Positions 1 to 9,166 of a DNA stretch of 23,249 bases are shown here, piece by piece. Below the pieces are notes generated by a model. It did not search any database and was not told where the DNA came from. It saw only the letters and a program-made list of their open reading frames with translations. The stretch's first letter is position 1; every line of letters starts with the position of its first letter. This stretch comes from Octopus sinensis (Eukaryota): the NCBI RefSeq assembly GCF_006345805.1, contig NW_021825148.1, positions 1 to 23,249 of the forward strand, in the 5' to 3' direction. A program made the position numbers and the translations under genes.

Positions 1-40
1 AATATATATATATATATATATATATACATACATATATATA

Positions 41-232
41 AGGGAAAAGTTTACGAAAAAAAACAAAAGACGAAGGCAGGTGGAGTACAAACAGACAAAT
101 TTATTAGTATAGCGCTCAGGAATAGAAAAATTCTTTTACGTTTCGAACCTACGCTCTTCGACAGAAAGATACACAGAAAAAAACAAGGAGAGAAAAAATG
201 CGTGTAGGTGCTAACGATCTATCATGGCGTCC
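41..232 (-). mobile_element. Probable Penelope-like element (PLE) terminal-repeat fragment carrying a minimal hammerhead motif
   Basis: Non-coding 190-bp island between (TA)n tracts that contains a type I minimal hammerhead fold on the minus strand (132-169). Such motifs are characteristic of PLE pseudo-LTRs. No RT or GIY-YIG coding sequence is visible, so the family assignment is inference. Confidence 0.5.
132..169 (-). ncRNA. Minimal type I hammerhead ribozyme-like motif (A6U variant)
   Basis: Minus strand reads TCTTT-CTGTCGA-A-GAGC(GTAG)GTTC-GAAAC-GTA-AAAGA: 5-bp stem I, 4-bp stem II, palindromic ACGT in place of stem III, GUA cleavage triplet. The core differs from CUGANGA at position 6. 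Confidence 0.6.
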
Positions 233-254
233 ATATATATATATATATGCATAG

Positions 255-311
<57 letters not shown>

Positions 312-320
312 CGCACATAT

Positions 321-644
321 TCTTTTGCCGAACCGGTAAGTTACGGGAGGTAAACACACCAGCAACGGTTGTTAAGCGATGGTGGGAGGACAAACACATA
401 TACAAATGCATACATACATACTTACATACACACACACACACACACGCACACACACACACTCGCACACACACACACAAACACATACATACGGCAGGCTTCT
501 TTCAGTTTCCGCCTACCAAATCCACTCACAAGGCTTTGGTCAATCCGAGGTTATAGGAGAAGACACTTGCCTAAGGTGCCACGCAGTTGGACTGAACCCG
601 GAACCATGTGGATGGGATACAAGATTCTTACCACTCAGCCACTC
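321..644 (-). mobile_element. tRNA-derived CORE-type SINE, family 1 (octopus OR2-like), partial
   Basis: Reverse complement of the head, B box, CORE-like ACCTTAGGCAAGTGTCTT segment and internal microsatellite seen in the copy at 11102-11557. The 3' tail is missing. Confidence 0.85.
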
Positions 645-651
645 ATATATA

Positions 652-1419
652 CAGGGGTTGGACAAAATAATGGAAACACCGAGCATCATAGCATCATAAT
701 TTTGAAATATCTATAAAACCGTTAAAAAGCCTGTCTATTTTTATGTGTTGTGATTTACTATTAGTGTTGCTTAATATTTTTTGCTAAAATTGCCGTTTCT
801 TTTCAGATATCAGAAAAGGGTAATTAAAATTCATTAAAATGACAGATCTATCGGACTTTCAAAGAGATCAATTGTTGGTGCTCGTATGACAGGCGCTAAC
901 GTAACGAAAACAGCTGAAATGATTCCGGTGGAAATCCACCGGCATCAATGGTTTCCTTTCATAGCAGAATTAGTAGTGAAGACTATTTAAGCATTTTATC
1001 TGATCAAATTCTTCCTATCGTTGCGGAACTGTTTCTGGAGGGAAACGCAATCTTTCAGTATGGTAATGCACCAATTCACACAGCTAAAGTTGTTACTGAA
1101 TGGCACGTGGAACATTCTAGTGAAGCTGAACATCTTATCTGGCCACCACAGTCTCCAGATCTCAATATTATTCAACATTTATTGTACATTTTAGAAGAAC
1201 AAGTAAGGAGTCGATATTATCCACCATCATCACTACACGAACTGGAGACTGTTTTAGCTGAAGAATGGACAACAATTCCTTTGGAAACAATTGAAACTTT
1301 GTACGAGTCTATACCTCGTAGAATTCAAACTGCAATTACTGCCAAAGGCGGTCCTACTCCATATTAAAATAAATTTGTTTGAAATGTTAAATTTTTTCCA
1401 TTATTTTGTTCAACCCTTG
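652..1419 (+). mobile_element. Internally deleted Tc1-like DNA transposon (768 bp), DD36E spacing
   Basis: 27-bp TIRs at 652-678 and 1393-1419 (24/27 identical), flanked by TA at 650-651 and 1420-1421, with transposase remnants inside. Confidence 0.95.
839..1367 (+). pseudogene. Tc1 transposase remnant (N-terminus fused to catalytic C-terminus)
   Basis: ATG at 839 gives MTDLSDFQRDQ, then after a frameshift IVGARMTGANVTKTAEM (Tc1 N-terminal HTH-like). A large deletion follows, then ORF 948-1367 with FQYGNAPIH...WPPQSPDLNIIQ...AKGGPTPY. The catalytic D and E positions now read G and Q. Confidence 0.9.
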
Positions 1420-1447
1420 TATATCTATCTATCTGTCTGTCTATCTA

Positions 1448-1498
<51 letters not shown>

Positions 1499-1551
1499 TT
1501 TGGATTTGGTTTGCAAGATTCTTTATGTGAGTCCGTATGTTGAAGCATATT

Positions 1552-1813
1552 CTGTTGTGTCTGGGGAGAGTCATTTTCTTTTTGTGCCTTACAATGTAAC
1601 ACACTCACCGGTAAAATTTCCACTTATTTCATATTTTTATTCTCCTAAAATTTTCGTTGCGTCTTGCACCTTTTCAATAGTCAAGACTATTGAAAAGGTT
1701 GCAAGACGCAACGAAAATGTTAGGAAAATAAAAATAAGGAATAAGGGGAAATTTTACCGGTGAGTGTGTTATATTATAAGGCACAAAAATAAAATACTCT
1801 CCCCACACAACAG
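1552..1813. repeat. Long foldback palindrome (about 130-bp arms, 2-nt loop)
   Basis: 1552-1682 is the reverse complement of 1685-1813. By-eye alignment gives 8 substitutions and 3 small indels (about 91% identity). The centre is AATAGTC-AA-GACTATT. Confidence 0.92.
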
Positions 1814-2020
1814 TAAACAAATATATAATATATATATATATAATATATATATATATCTATATATATATATAATAATATATATATATATATATAATATTTA
1901 TATACATGTGTGAGAGAGAGAGGGAGAGAGAGAGAGAGGGGTCTAATATGGTTTGCTGGGATTACTCGTACCAGACGGGTATGTTTGATTTTAGTACTTT
2001 CAAATCCAAATCTAAGAAAT

Positions 2021-2085
2021 CCTTGAGCTGACGAAGGAAATGTTGATCTTTATAATCAACTATCCAGAAACGGCCTGTTCTCAGG
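2021..2085 (+). ncRNA. Type I hammerhead ribozyme-like motif, probably within a second PLE terminal fragment (about 1942-2200)
   Basis: CCTTGAG-CTGACGA-A-[GGA..GTTGAT/ATCAAC..TCC]-A-GAAAC-GGCCT-GTT-CTCAGG: intact CUGANGA and GAAA core, 6-bp stem I, extended stem II, near-palindromic ACGGCC(T)GT stem III, GUU triplet. Confidence 0.6.
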
Positions 2086-2871
2086 TAATCTTATATAGGT
2101 GTGATCTTTCGTTATTTTCCCTCATACCTGTGTGAGTTTTATTTTGAGTATGCATTGTCTGGGAGATTTTCTTACAGTAGAAGAAATAGCTAAAAGTTTT
2201 GGCTGCTATTTCTAAAAAGTTCGGTGTGTGGAAAAGTAAATTATTTTACTGAACCCTATTTTTATAATGTAATGTTTCAAATATACCGTAAATGGTCTTT
2301 TTACATACTGAACACTACTTGGTAAAATTAATTAATAATTAATTAGTTTTACCCTTTTATTATTGACAATATATACATGTATGTATATATATAAATACAT
2401 ACGATAAAGTAATATGGCTGGTAATACATTATATGTGGTCTATATTTAATGTTATGTTCGTACAAAAGCAGGCGTATGTATATGCTTACATTATAAGTGC
2501 GCGTGTGTGTGTATGTTGTGTATACATATATATGTATGTGTGTGTGTATGTATGTATGCATGCATGTATGTATAAAAGAGACAGACAGACAGACAGACAG
2601 ACAGATAATGTATGTATATACAACATGAGAAGAGAGAGTTCAAAGCACATCGGTGAAAGGTTCCCACAACCAATATCCAATACCCACCGAACTGGTTCTG
2701 ATTACTATCGAGGTGTCGATTGAATTTACTCTGCCGCCACAGAGAAATAATAATTTAACGACAAAATATTCCAATGTCCCACCGTCTCTCTATGGGGTTG
2801 GTGAACGTTTTGTGTTTGTGGACTGAGGTTCGATCCCGCTGCAGGTACTTTGACTCTCTAAAAGTCTTTTA

Positions 2872-2930
2872 CTACGTTCTGAGTTCAAATTCTGCCGAGG
2901 TCGACTTTGTCCTTTCATCCTTTCGGAGTC
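2872..2930 (+). mobile_element. SINE family 2 (OR1-like, Deu/Nin-type body) internal fragment
   Basis: CTACGTTCTGAGTTCAAATTCTGCCGAGGTCGACTTTGTCCTTTCATCCTTTCGGAGTC matches the reverse complement of the copy at 7687-7919. Confidence 0.85.
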
Positions 2931-3091
2931 AGGTTCCACATTTTGCTAATTTCTATTTCGAGATCTTTATATTTGCTCAGTTTTTGGAAGGTCTTGACAG
3001 ATATGTTTATATCGACTGGGACAGTCATATCAATGATTCAACAGTTAAGATCAGAAGCCACGAGAGCCACTGCCTGGTACTGCCTCAGGGC
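2931..3091 (-). mobile_element. Second, rearranged fragment of the R4/Dong-type LINE family A
   Basis: 2931-3036 is a diverged copy of about 3560-3663 and encodes IDMTVPVDINISVKTFQKLSKYKDLEIEISKMWN on the minus strand. It is joined to a 55-bp segment (3037-3091) that abuts the (TAA)n array. Confidence 0.8.
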
Positions 3092-3172
3092 ATTATTATT
3101 ATTTTTTTTTTAATTACTATTATTATTATTATTATTATTAATATTATTTTTATTATTACTATTATTATTATT
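3092..3172. repeat. (ATT)n/(TAA)n microsatellite at the LINE 3' end
   Basis: Degenerate ATT tandem array, read directly. Confidence 0.95.
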
Positions 3173-6062
3173 CTATGTTTGACTTTGCTTTATATTTGTA
3201 CAAGTTGGCTCCAAGTCTCACCCAGAGACCTCAAGAGACAACAGGGTTGGAAGTTCATGTTGTTGTTATGCCTAGTGTGCCATATATTTGGGGGGTGGGG
3301 ATGTTGTACTAATGAATGTCTAAAAAGAAAAAAAAAAAAAGGGGGTTTTTTTTTTTTTTTTAAACCGAAAATTATGTTTGTTTTAAACCTTGAGATTACA
3401 TAGAGAGTATTTTGCGTAGGATATGAGCAGTTCCCATGAGCACTATCTTTTGAACTTCTGCCATTTTTGGGTTTCCTGGTATCTGAGTTAGGTAGCTATC
3501 AGCCCCTTTTGCTATCATTCCCAGGGCACCTATGACAACAGGTATTGTTTTAGTCTTCAGCTTCCACATTTTGCTGATTTCTATTTCAAGATCTTTATAT
3601 TGCTCAGTTTTTGGTAGGTCTTGACAGATACGTTTATATCGATTGGGACAGTCATATCAATGAGGAGGCATGTTCTTTGTTTGAAGTTTTTCAATATGAT
3701 GTCTGGCCTATTTGCATCTATCTTCCTGTCAGTTTGAATGGTGAAGTTCCAGAGGAGTGAGATGTGGTCATTTTCAAGCACTGGGGGTGGTTTGTGTTCC
3801 CACCAGTTTTTTTCATGGGCAAATCCAGGTTTTTACAGATTACCCAGTGAATATATTGTGCAGCTCTATCGTGCCTGTTGAGATACTCTGTAGGCGCTAG
3901 AAGACTGCACTTGGAGACCACATGGTCAATGGTTTCATTTGTTGCTTGCATACACGACACGTTGGACTGCTTCTGATCTTTAATATGTTGGCCTGGTAGT
4001 TTCTTGTTGGTAGGCATTGATCTTGAGCTGCTATGATAAACCCCTCTGTTTCAGATTTTAAGCCAGAGGCCATTAGCCATTGATGGGTCAGGGCTTTGTC
4101 GATATCTGCATTATTCGCTCTCTTTGGGTATTTGCCATAGAGAGGTTTTTCTTGCCATTTATTATTCAGAATATCTAAGGCCGCAGTTTTGGCACGGGTT
4201 TTCATGCGCCTAGCTTTTTCTGTGCTTGTTTCTTGTATATCTATCTCTAATTCCGAAATTGGTTGTATTCGGAATTCACTTAGATATTCCTTTGCCTGTT
4301 TTGTGACTGAGTATGATGCTTTCTTGTTTTCATGTTTTGAGACAAGTTTTACATCCAGTCCTCAGAGTTTTTCAGGTAGGTGTCTAGGCCAATTGTAGCA
4401 ATCTTCATTGTTATTGCCAGTTGCAAAAGACCACGGCCTCCCTCTTTTCTTGGCAGATAGAGTCGTTCTGTATCTGCCTTAGGGTGGTGCATTCTATGCA
4501 TTGTCAACAGTTTCCTTATTTTTCTGTCGAGCTGACATATTTCAGTAATTGACCAGTTAACAATATTGAAACTGTAAGTCACGACTGGTATAGCTAATGC
4601 ATTGATTGCTTCGATCCTGTTTCTTGCATTCAGCTCTGTCTTGAGTATTGCTCTCACTCTTCGATAGCATTCTCTCCTGATCCTTTCCTTCATCTCTGAA
4701 TGCCTTATTCCGTTCCCTTCAATTATCCCTAGGTACTTGTAGCTCTCCGCTGGGTCTAGTTCTTTTATGACATTCTGTTGGTCAAGGTTAACGTTAGATG
4801 TTTCTGTCATTTTTCCTTTGATAAAGGTAGCCTTTGCACATTTATCGAGGCCGAATTGCATTCTGATGTCGTCACTGAATTGTTTGACTATCGCTAGTAA
4901 GCCCTTGAGTTGTTGATCATTTTTTGCAAAAAGCTTTAAATCATCCATGTAAACGAGATGATTTATATTTTTATCAAACATTTTATACCCGTACTGCGCG
5001 TCATTGAGCAGCTTTGAGAGAGGTATTAAGGATAAACAAAAGAGGAGTGGTGACAGTGAGTCACCCTGGAAAATGCCACACGAAATTTTTACATCACCAG
5101 CATTTAGGGATTCACTGTCACTGTTCAGAGTTAGTGTGGTTCTCCATGATCTCATACTTACAGTCAAGAAGTTTCGCAGAGTTGGTGCTATCTTATACAT
5201 TTCAAGGCATTTCCTAATCCAGCTATGTGGTAGGCTATCAAAAGCCTTTTTATAGTCTATCCAGGCTATTGATAAGTTTTTGTGTCGTTTGTGACAATCT
5301 TCTAAGATCATCTTATTGATGAGTAGTTGGTCTTTACAGCCGTAGGATCCACGTTTACATCCTTCTGTTCATTAGGGAATATGCTGCTGTCTGTTAAAAA
5401 AACTATAGGTATATTCCGTCAGGACAGATGTTAGTGTTTTGTACATAGTTGTTAAGCAGGTTATGGGTCTATAGTTTTTTGGTTCATTTGTTTCTTCACT
5501 TTTTGGAAGCAGGAATGTTAACCCATTAACTAGCCAAGGAGGCATCCTACTAGGGTGTTGCAAAACATCATTGTACAGTTCTGTTAGCAGTTCATGGCTC
5601 TCTGGGAAGGCATTCAGCCAGAAGTTAGGAATTTTATCCTTTCCTGGAGACTTCCATTTGCTTGACCTCCTGAGAGCAGATCTTATATCTTCTACCTTGA
5701 CACCCTCCCACTTTTGCTCTTCTAAGGGGTCCAGTTCTGTAGATATTCTGTCAATCCAGGGGGCCTTTTCGTTGTGTGTTTTTTCTTCTGCCCAGATTTT
5801 ATTCCAAAATCTCTGCACTTCTTCTTTTGATGGTACAGACCCTGCAGTAAACGCTGTTTTTCCTATCTTCCTGTAAAAATTCTTGGTGTTATTTTTGAAC
5901 ATGTTGTGTCCTTGAAAAATCTAACACGCTTTTCATACCTCGCTATGCGGGCAGCTTTGGCAGATACCTTTTGTTTGATGGTTTCTATGGTGGCATCAAT
6001 ATCAAGTATAGTTTTCATATTGTATTTTTTCAGTAATTTTTGGGTTTTTGGGTTTTTGTAGG

Positions 6063-6063
<1 letters not shown>
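3173..6063 (-). mobile_element. 5'-truncated non-LTR retrotransposon, R4/Dong clade (RT + RLE), family A, inserted in (TAA)n
   Basis: Broken ORF with [51 protein letters not shown], a CCHC knuckle (CRVC..H..C), RHD and RPD..D..K endonuclease motifs. Stop at 3396-3398, 3' UTR to 3173, (TAA)n on both sides. Confidence 0.95.
3396..6040 (-). pseudogene. Reverse transcriptase / restriction-like endonuclease ORF, disrupted by frameshifts
   Basis: ORF-track pieces 5372-5902, 4349-5311, 3897-4205, 3718-4017 and 3581-3781 are consecutive parts of one protein, which ends ...LMGTAHILRKILSM*. Confidence 0.93.
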
Positions 6064-6095
<32 letters not shown>

Positions 6096-6310
6096 TTATT
6101 ATTATTATTATTACTATTATTATTATTATTTTTTTATTATTATTTTATTATTACTATTATTATTATTACTATTATTATTATTACTATTATTATTATTTTT
6201 ATTTTTATTATTTTTATTATTACTATTATTATTACTACTACTATTATTATTATTATTATTATTATTACTATTATTATTATTATTTTTATTATTATTATTT
6301 TTATTATTAC

Positions 6311-6346
<36 letters not shown>

Positions 6347-6390
6347 TATTATTATTATTTTTATTATTATTATTTTTATTATTACTATTA

Positions 6391-6457
<67 letters not shown>
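6064..6457. repeat. Long degenerate (ATT)n microsatellite (about 395 bp)
   Basis: ATT array with ACT and TTT variant units. It accounts for the poly-L/I/Y ORFs in the track. Confidence 0.97.
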
Positions 6458-6459
<2 letters not shown>

Positions 6460-6669
6460 GGCTGTGAGTTGGAAGAAACGGTAGCACACCAGGCAAAATG
6501 CTTGAGTTCAAATTCCGCTGAGGTTGACTTTGCCTTTTATCCTCCGCCTCGGCAGAATTTGAATTCAGAACGTAAAGACGGATAAAATACCGCGAAGTAT
6601 TTTTCCCGGCCTCCTAATGATTCTGCCAGCTCGCCGCCTTCGATAATGATTCTGTCAGCCCACCGCTTT
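6458..6669. mobile_element. Two SINE family 2 5' halves in opposite orientation plus a duplicated head fragment
   Basis: Sense head at 6458-6543 (AAGGCTGTGAGTTGGAAGAAACG...GAGTTCAAATTCC), antisense head at 6547-6640 (...TTCTGCCAGCTCGCCGCCTT), and 6644-6669 repeating 6615-6640. Confidence 0.8.
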
Positions 6670-7099
6670 CTATACATGTATATATGAATAACAATCATGA
6701 CTCAGTTTCATACAACTTAAAGTTTCGTGCGCGAGTGGGAACTCCCCATGTCATCAGATATCAGGAGAAGTGTTTGAAATTTGAAACAAATTCAAGAGGG
6801 CTTCTATGACGTTAGTCCTCTTACTCAGCTCAGGTCAAGTGACGTCAATGCTGAGGAAGCGACACCATCTCAATTCTTTAGTCTCACGTGCTCGGACAGG
6901 ATGTTGGCATGAAGCTGTCACTACCTTGGTGGCCAACTTTTTGTACAGTATATCCAGCGACATCTGCTCGTTGTATTTGGCTAACATACAATCATGGTTG
7001 GGTGAGGTGTTGGTGTGGATCAAACAGGTCAGATATATTTGGAAAGTGAAATAGCCAGCACTTGATGTTAATGCTTGAATCTATCTATATGTATGTTAT

Positions 7100-7296
7100 T
7101 TTCTTTCATCTTTTACTTGCTTCAGTCATTAGACTGCGGCCATGCTGGGGCACCGCTTTCAAGAATTTTAGTCGAATGAATCGACCGCAGTACTTATTCT
7201 ATCGCTTTCTTTTGCCGAACCGTTAAGTTTCGGGGACGTAAACACACCAACACTTGTCAAGTGTTGGTGAGAGAACAAACACAGACACAAAAAGGA

Positions 7297-7330
<34 letters not shown>

Positions 7331-7953
7331 ACACACACGCACACAGACACACACACACATATATATAAATATACGGCGAGCTTCTTTCAGTTTCCGTCTA
7401 CTCACAAATCCACTCACAAATCTTCGATCGGTCCGAAGCTATAGAAGGAGACACTTGCCTAAGATGCCACGCAGTGGAACTGAACCCGGAACCATGTGGT
7501 TGGGAAGCAAGCTTCTTATTTCTTTACTGCCCACAGAGGGGACACACAAGGACAGACGAAGGAATTAAGTCGATTACATCGACCCCAGTGCGTAACTGGT
7601 ACTTATTTAATCGACCCCGAAAGGACGAAAGGCTAAGTCGACCTCGGTGGAATTTGAACTCAGAACGTAGCGGCAGACGAAATACCTATTTCTTTACTAC
7701 CCACAAGGGGCTAAACACAGAGAGGAGGAACAAGGACAGACATAGGTATTAAGTCGATTACATTGACCCCAGTGCGTAACTGGTACTTAATTTATCGACC
7801 CCGAAAGGATGAAAGGCAAAGTCGACCTCGGCGGAATTTGAACTCAGAACGTAGCGGCAGACGAAATACTGCTAAGCATTTCGCCCGGCGTGCTAACGTT
7901 TCTGCCAGCTCGCCGCCTTAGAAAGCTTCTTACCACACAATCACGTCTGCTCC
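7100..7953 (-). mobile_element. SINE family 1 (OR2-like), full length, interrupted in its tRNA head by a family 2 insertion
   Basis: Tail (CTTTTACTTGCTTCAGTCATTAGACTGCGGCCATGCTGGGGCACCGC), body and B box lie at 7100-7518. The A-box end resumes at 7923-7953. Confidence 0.9.
7519..7919 (-). mobile_element. Head-to-tail dimer of SINE family 2 (OR1-like, Deu/Nin-type body)
   Basis: Full copy at 7687-7919 with A-box-like TGGCAGAAACG, B-box-like GAGTTCAAATTCC and body GCCTTTCATCCTTTCGGGGTCGATAAATTAAGTACC. A 5'-truncated copy follows at 7519-7686. The pair is flanked by the direct repeat AAGCTTCTTA (7509-7518 and 7923-7932). Confidence 0.92.
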
Positions 7954-8859
7954 CGTGTTTTATAGTAGCCGTTGTTTTAATTTTTGGCAGGGTTTTCGGT
8001 GAACCTTACGTAATTTTGTAATTCACTTAGAAACAGACACAGTATTGAGATGACCTCACATTTCAAAAAACATTTATGTATTCATCAAAGTTAAGTCTTC
8101 ATAAACAAGAGTCTCTTCCCCTGTTTAAATGTTTTGCTGAATAATTTAAAATATATTGTATTTCTATTTTTGGCAATGAATAAATGAACGTTTTGCGTTT
8201 TCCAGCAGATTTTTTGGTAATCATTCAAATCTAGATATGTTGTTAATCACTCTTATATCAATGTATTTTCGAATATATTTGCATATATTATCACCAAAAT
8301 TGTTATCCTTTAAACAATTGGAATATGATCCTCAGAGTTGCGATTCAAGGAACTTCAGCTTATATATGTATGAATATGTGAAACCAAATGCAAAAGACAA
8401 AGTTAAATAAAAAAAAAATTTTTTTAAATCATTATATTCAAAGAAAGAAAACGCGATGAAAAGTATAACTTTTCGGACAAGAGTTCTTCGTCAAATACGA
8501 GAGGAATGTCTGGAAGATAAAAGAGAAGAATTTCAGTGAGAGGAGGAAAGGAGATAAGAGAAAAGACGGCCAGGTAAATATATACATGCACACGCGGTCA
8601 CGCACACGTTCGGATACACATTCACACAACCGTTGCACAGTACACAGACAACTGATCGACCAGTGCAGTTGACGAGTGGTATCCAGGAGGTCGGAAAAGG
8701 TCATTTGGAAGGCCCCAACGACGAAGGGAAGGCGATTTAGTCGAGGTATTTGGGTGAAGATGCATTAAAAAATGGCGCGATTGAGACAGAACTGGAAATG
8801 CATTTTAACTAGCGGCGTGTAACAGCATCTGATGGCCTGGTCGATACTGTGAGATATAC

Positions 8860-8919
8860 ATGTGTGTGTATATATATAGTTAGATCGATGTGTGTGTGTG
8901 TGTGTGTGTTTCTGTGTGT

Positions 8920-8956
<37 letters not shown>

Positions 8957-9118
8957 TGTATGCGTGTATCTATTCATAGTGTATGAGCGAATGCGTGTAA
9001 TGAAGAGAAAATGTGTCAAAGATAATGGTAAAAAATAATACACAAGATAGAGAAAATATATTATTAGACATATAAAGAGGAAAAAAGAGAGAAGGAAGTT
9101 TAAAAGAAATAGAGAGGA

Positions 9119-9162
<44 letters not shown>
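8860..9162. repeat. (GT)n and (GA)n microsatellites
   Basis: GT array at about 8890-8955 and GA array at about 9115-9162. Confidence 0.9.

Positions 9163-9166
<4 letters not shown>

Noticed and set aside
3322-3361. A13-G5-T16 homopolymer hairpin in the LINE 3' UTR
   Set aside because: Simple homopolymer runs that are prone to expansion and sequencing error, with no evidence of function.
2774-3403. 209-aa plus-strand ORF
   Set aside because: It runs across a SINE fragment, antisense LINE sequence, the ATT array and homopolymers, so it is a chance open frame.
6036-6058. TTTTTGGG repeats at the LINE 5' junction, resembling telomeric repeats
   Set aside because: Only about 2.5 units and not the molluscan TTAGGG. 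More likely a small junction duplication.
6709-6761. CTGATGA...GAAAC-TTTAA-GTT on the minus strand, resembling another hammerhead
   Set aside because: The core, a weak 4-bp stem I and stem III are present, but stem II does not close at its base, and one such partial match is plausible by chance.
7519-7919. Direct repeats that might suggest a CRISPR array or an LTR pair
   Set aside because: They are two SINE monomers in eukaryotic DNA, with no spacers, TG..CA ends or primer-binding site.
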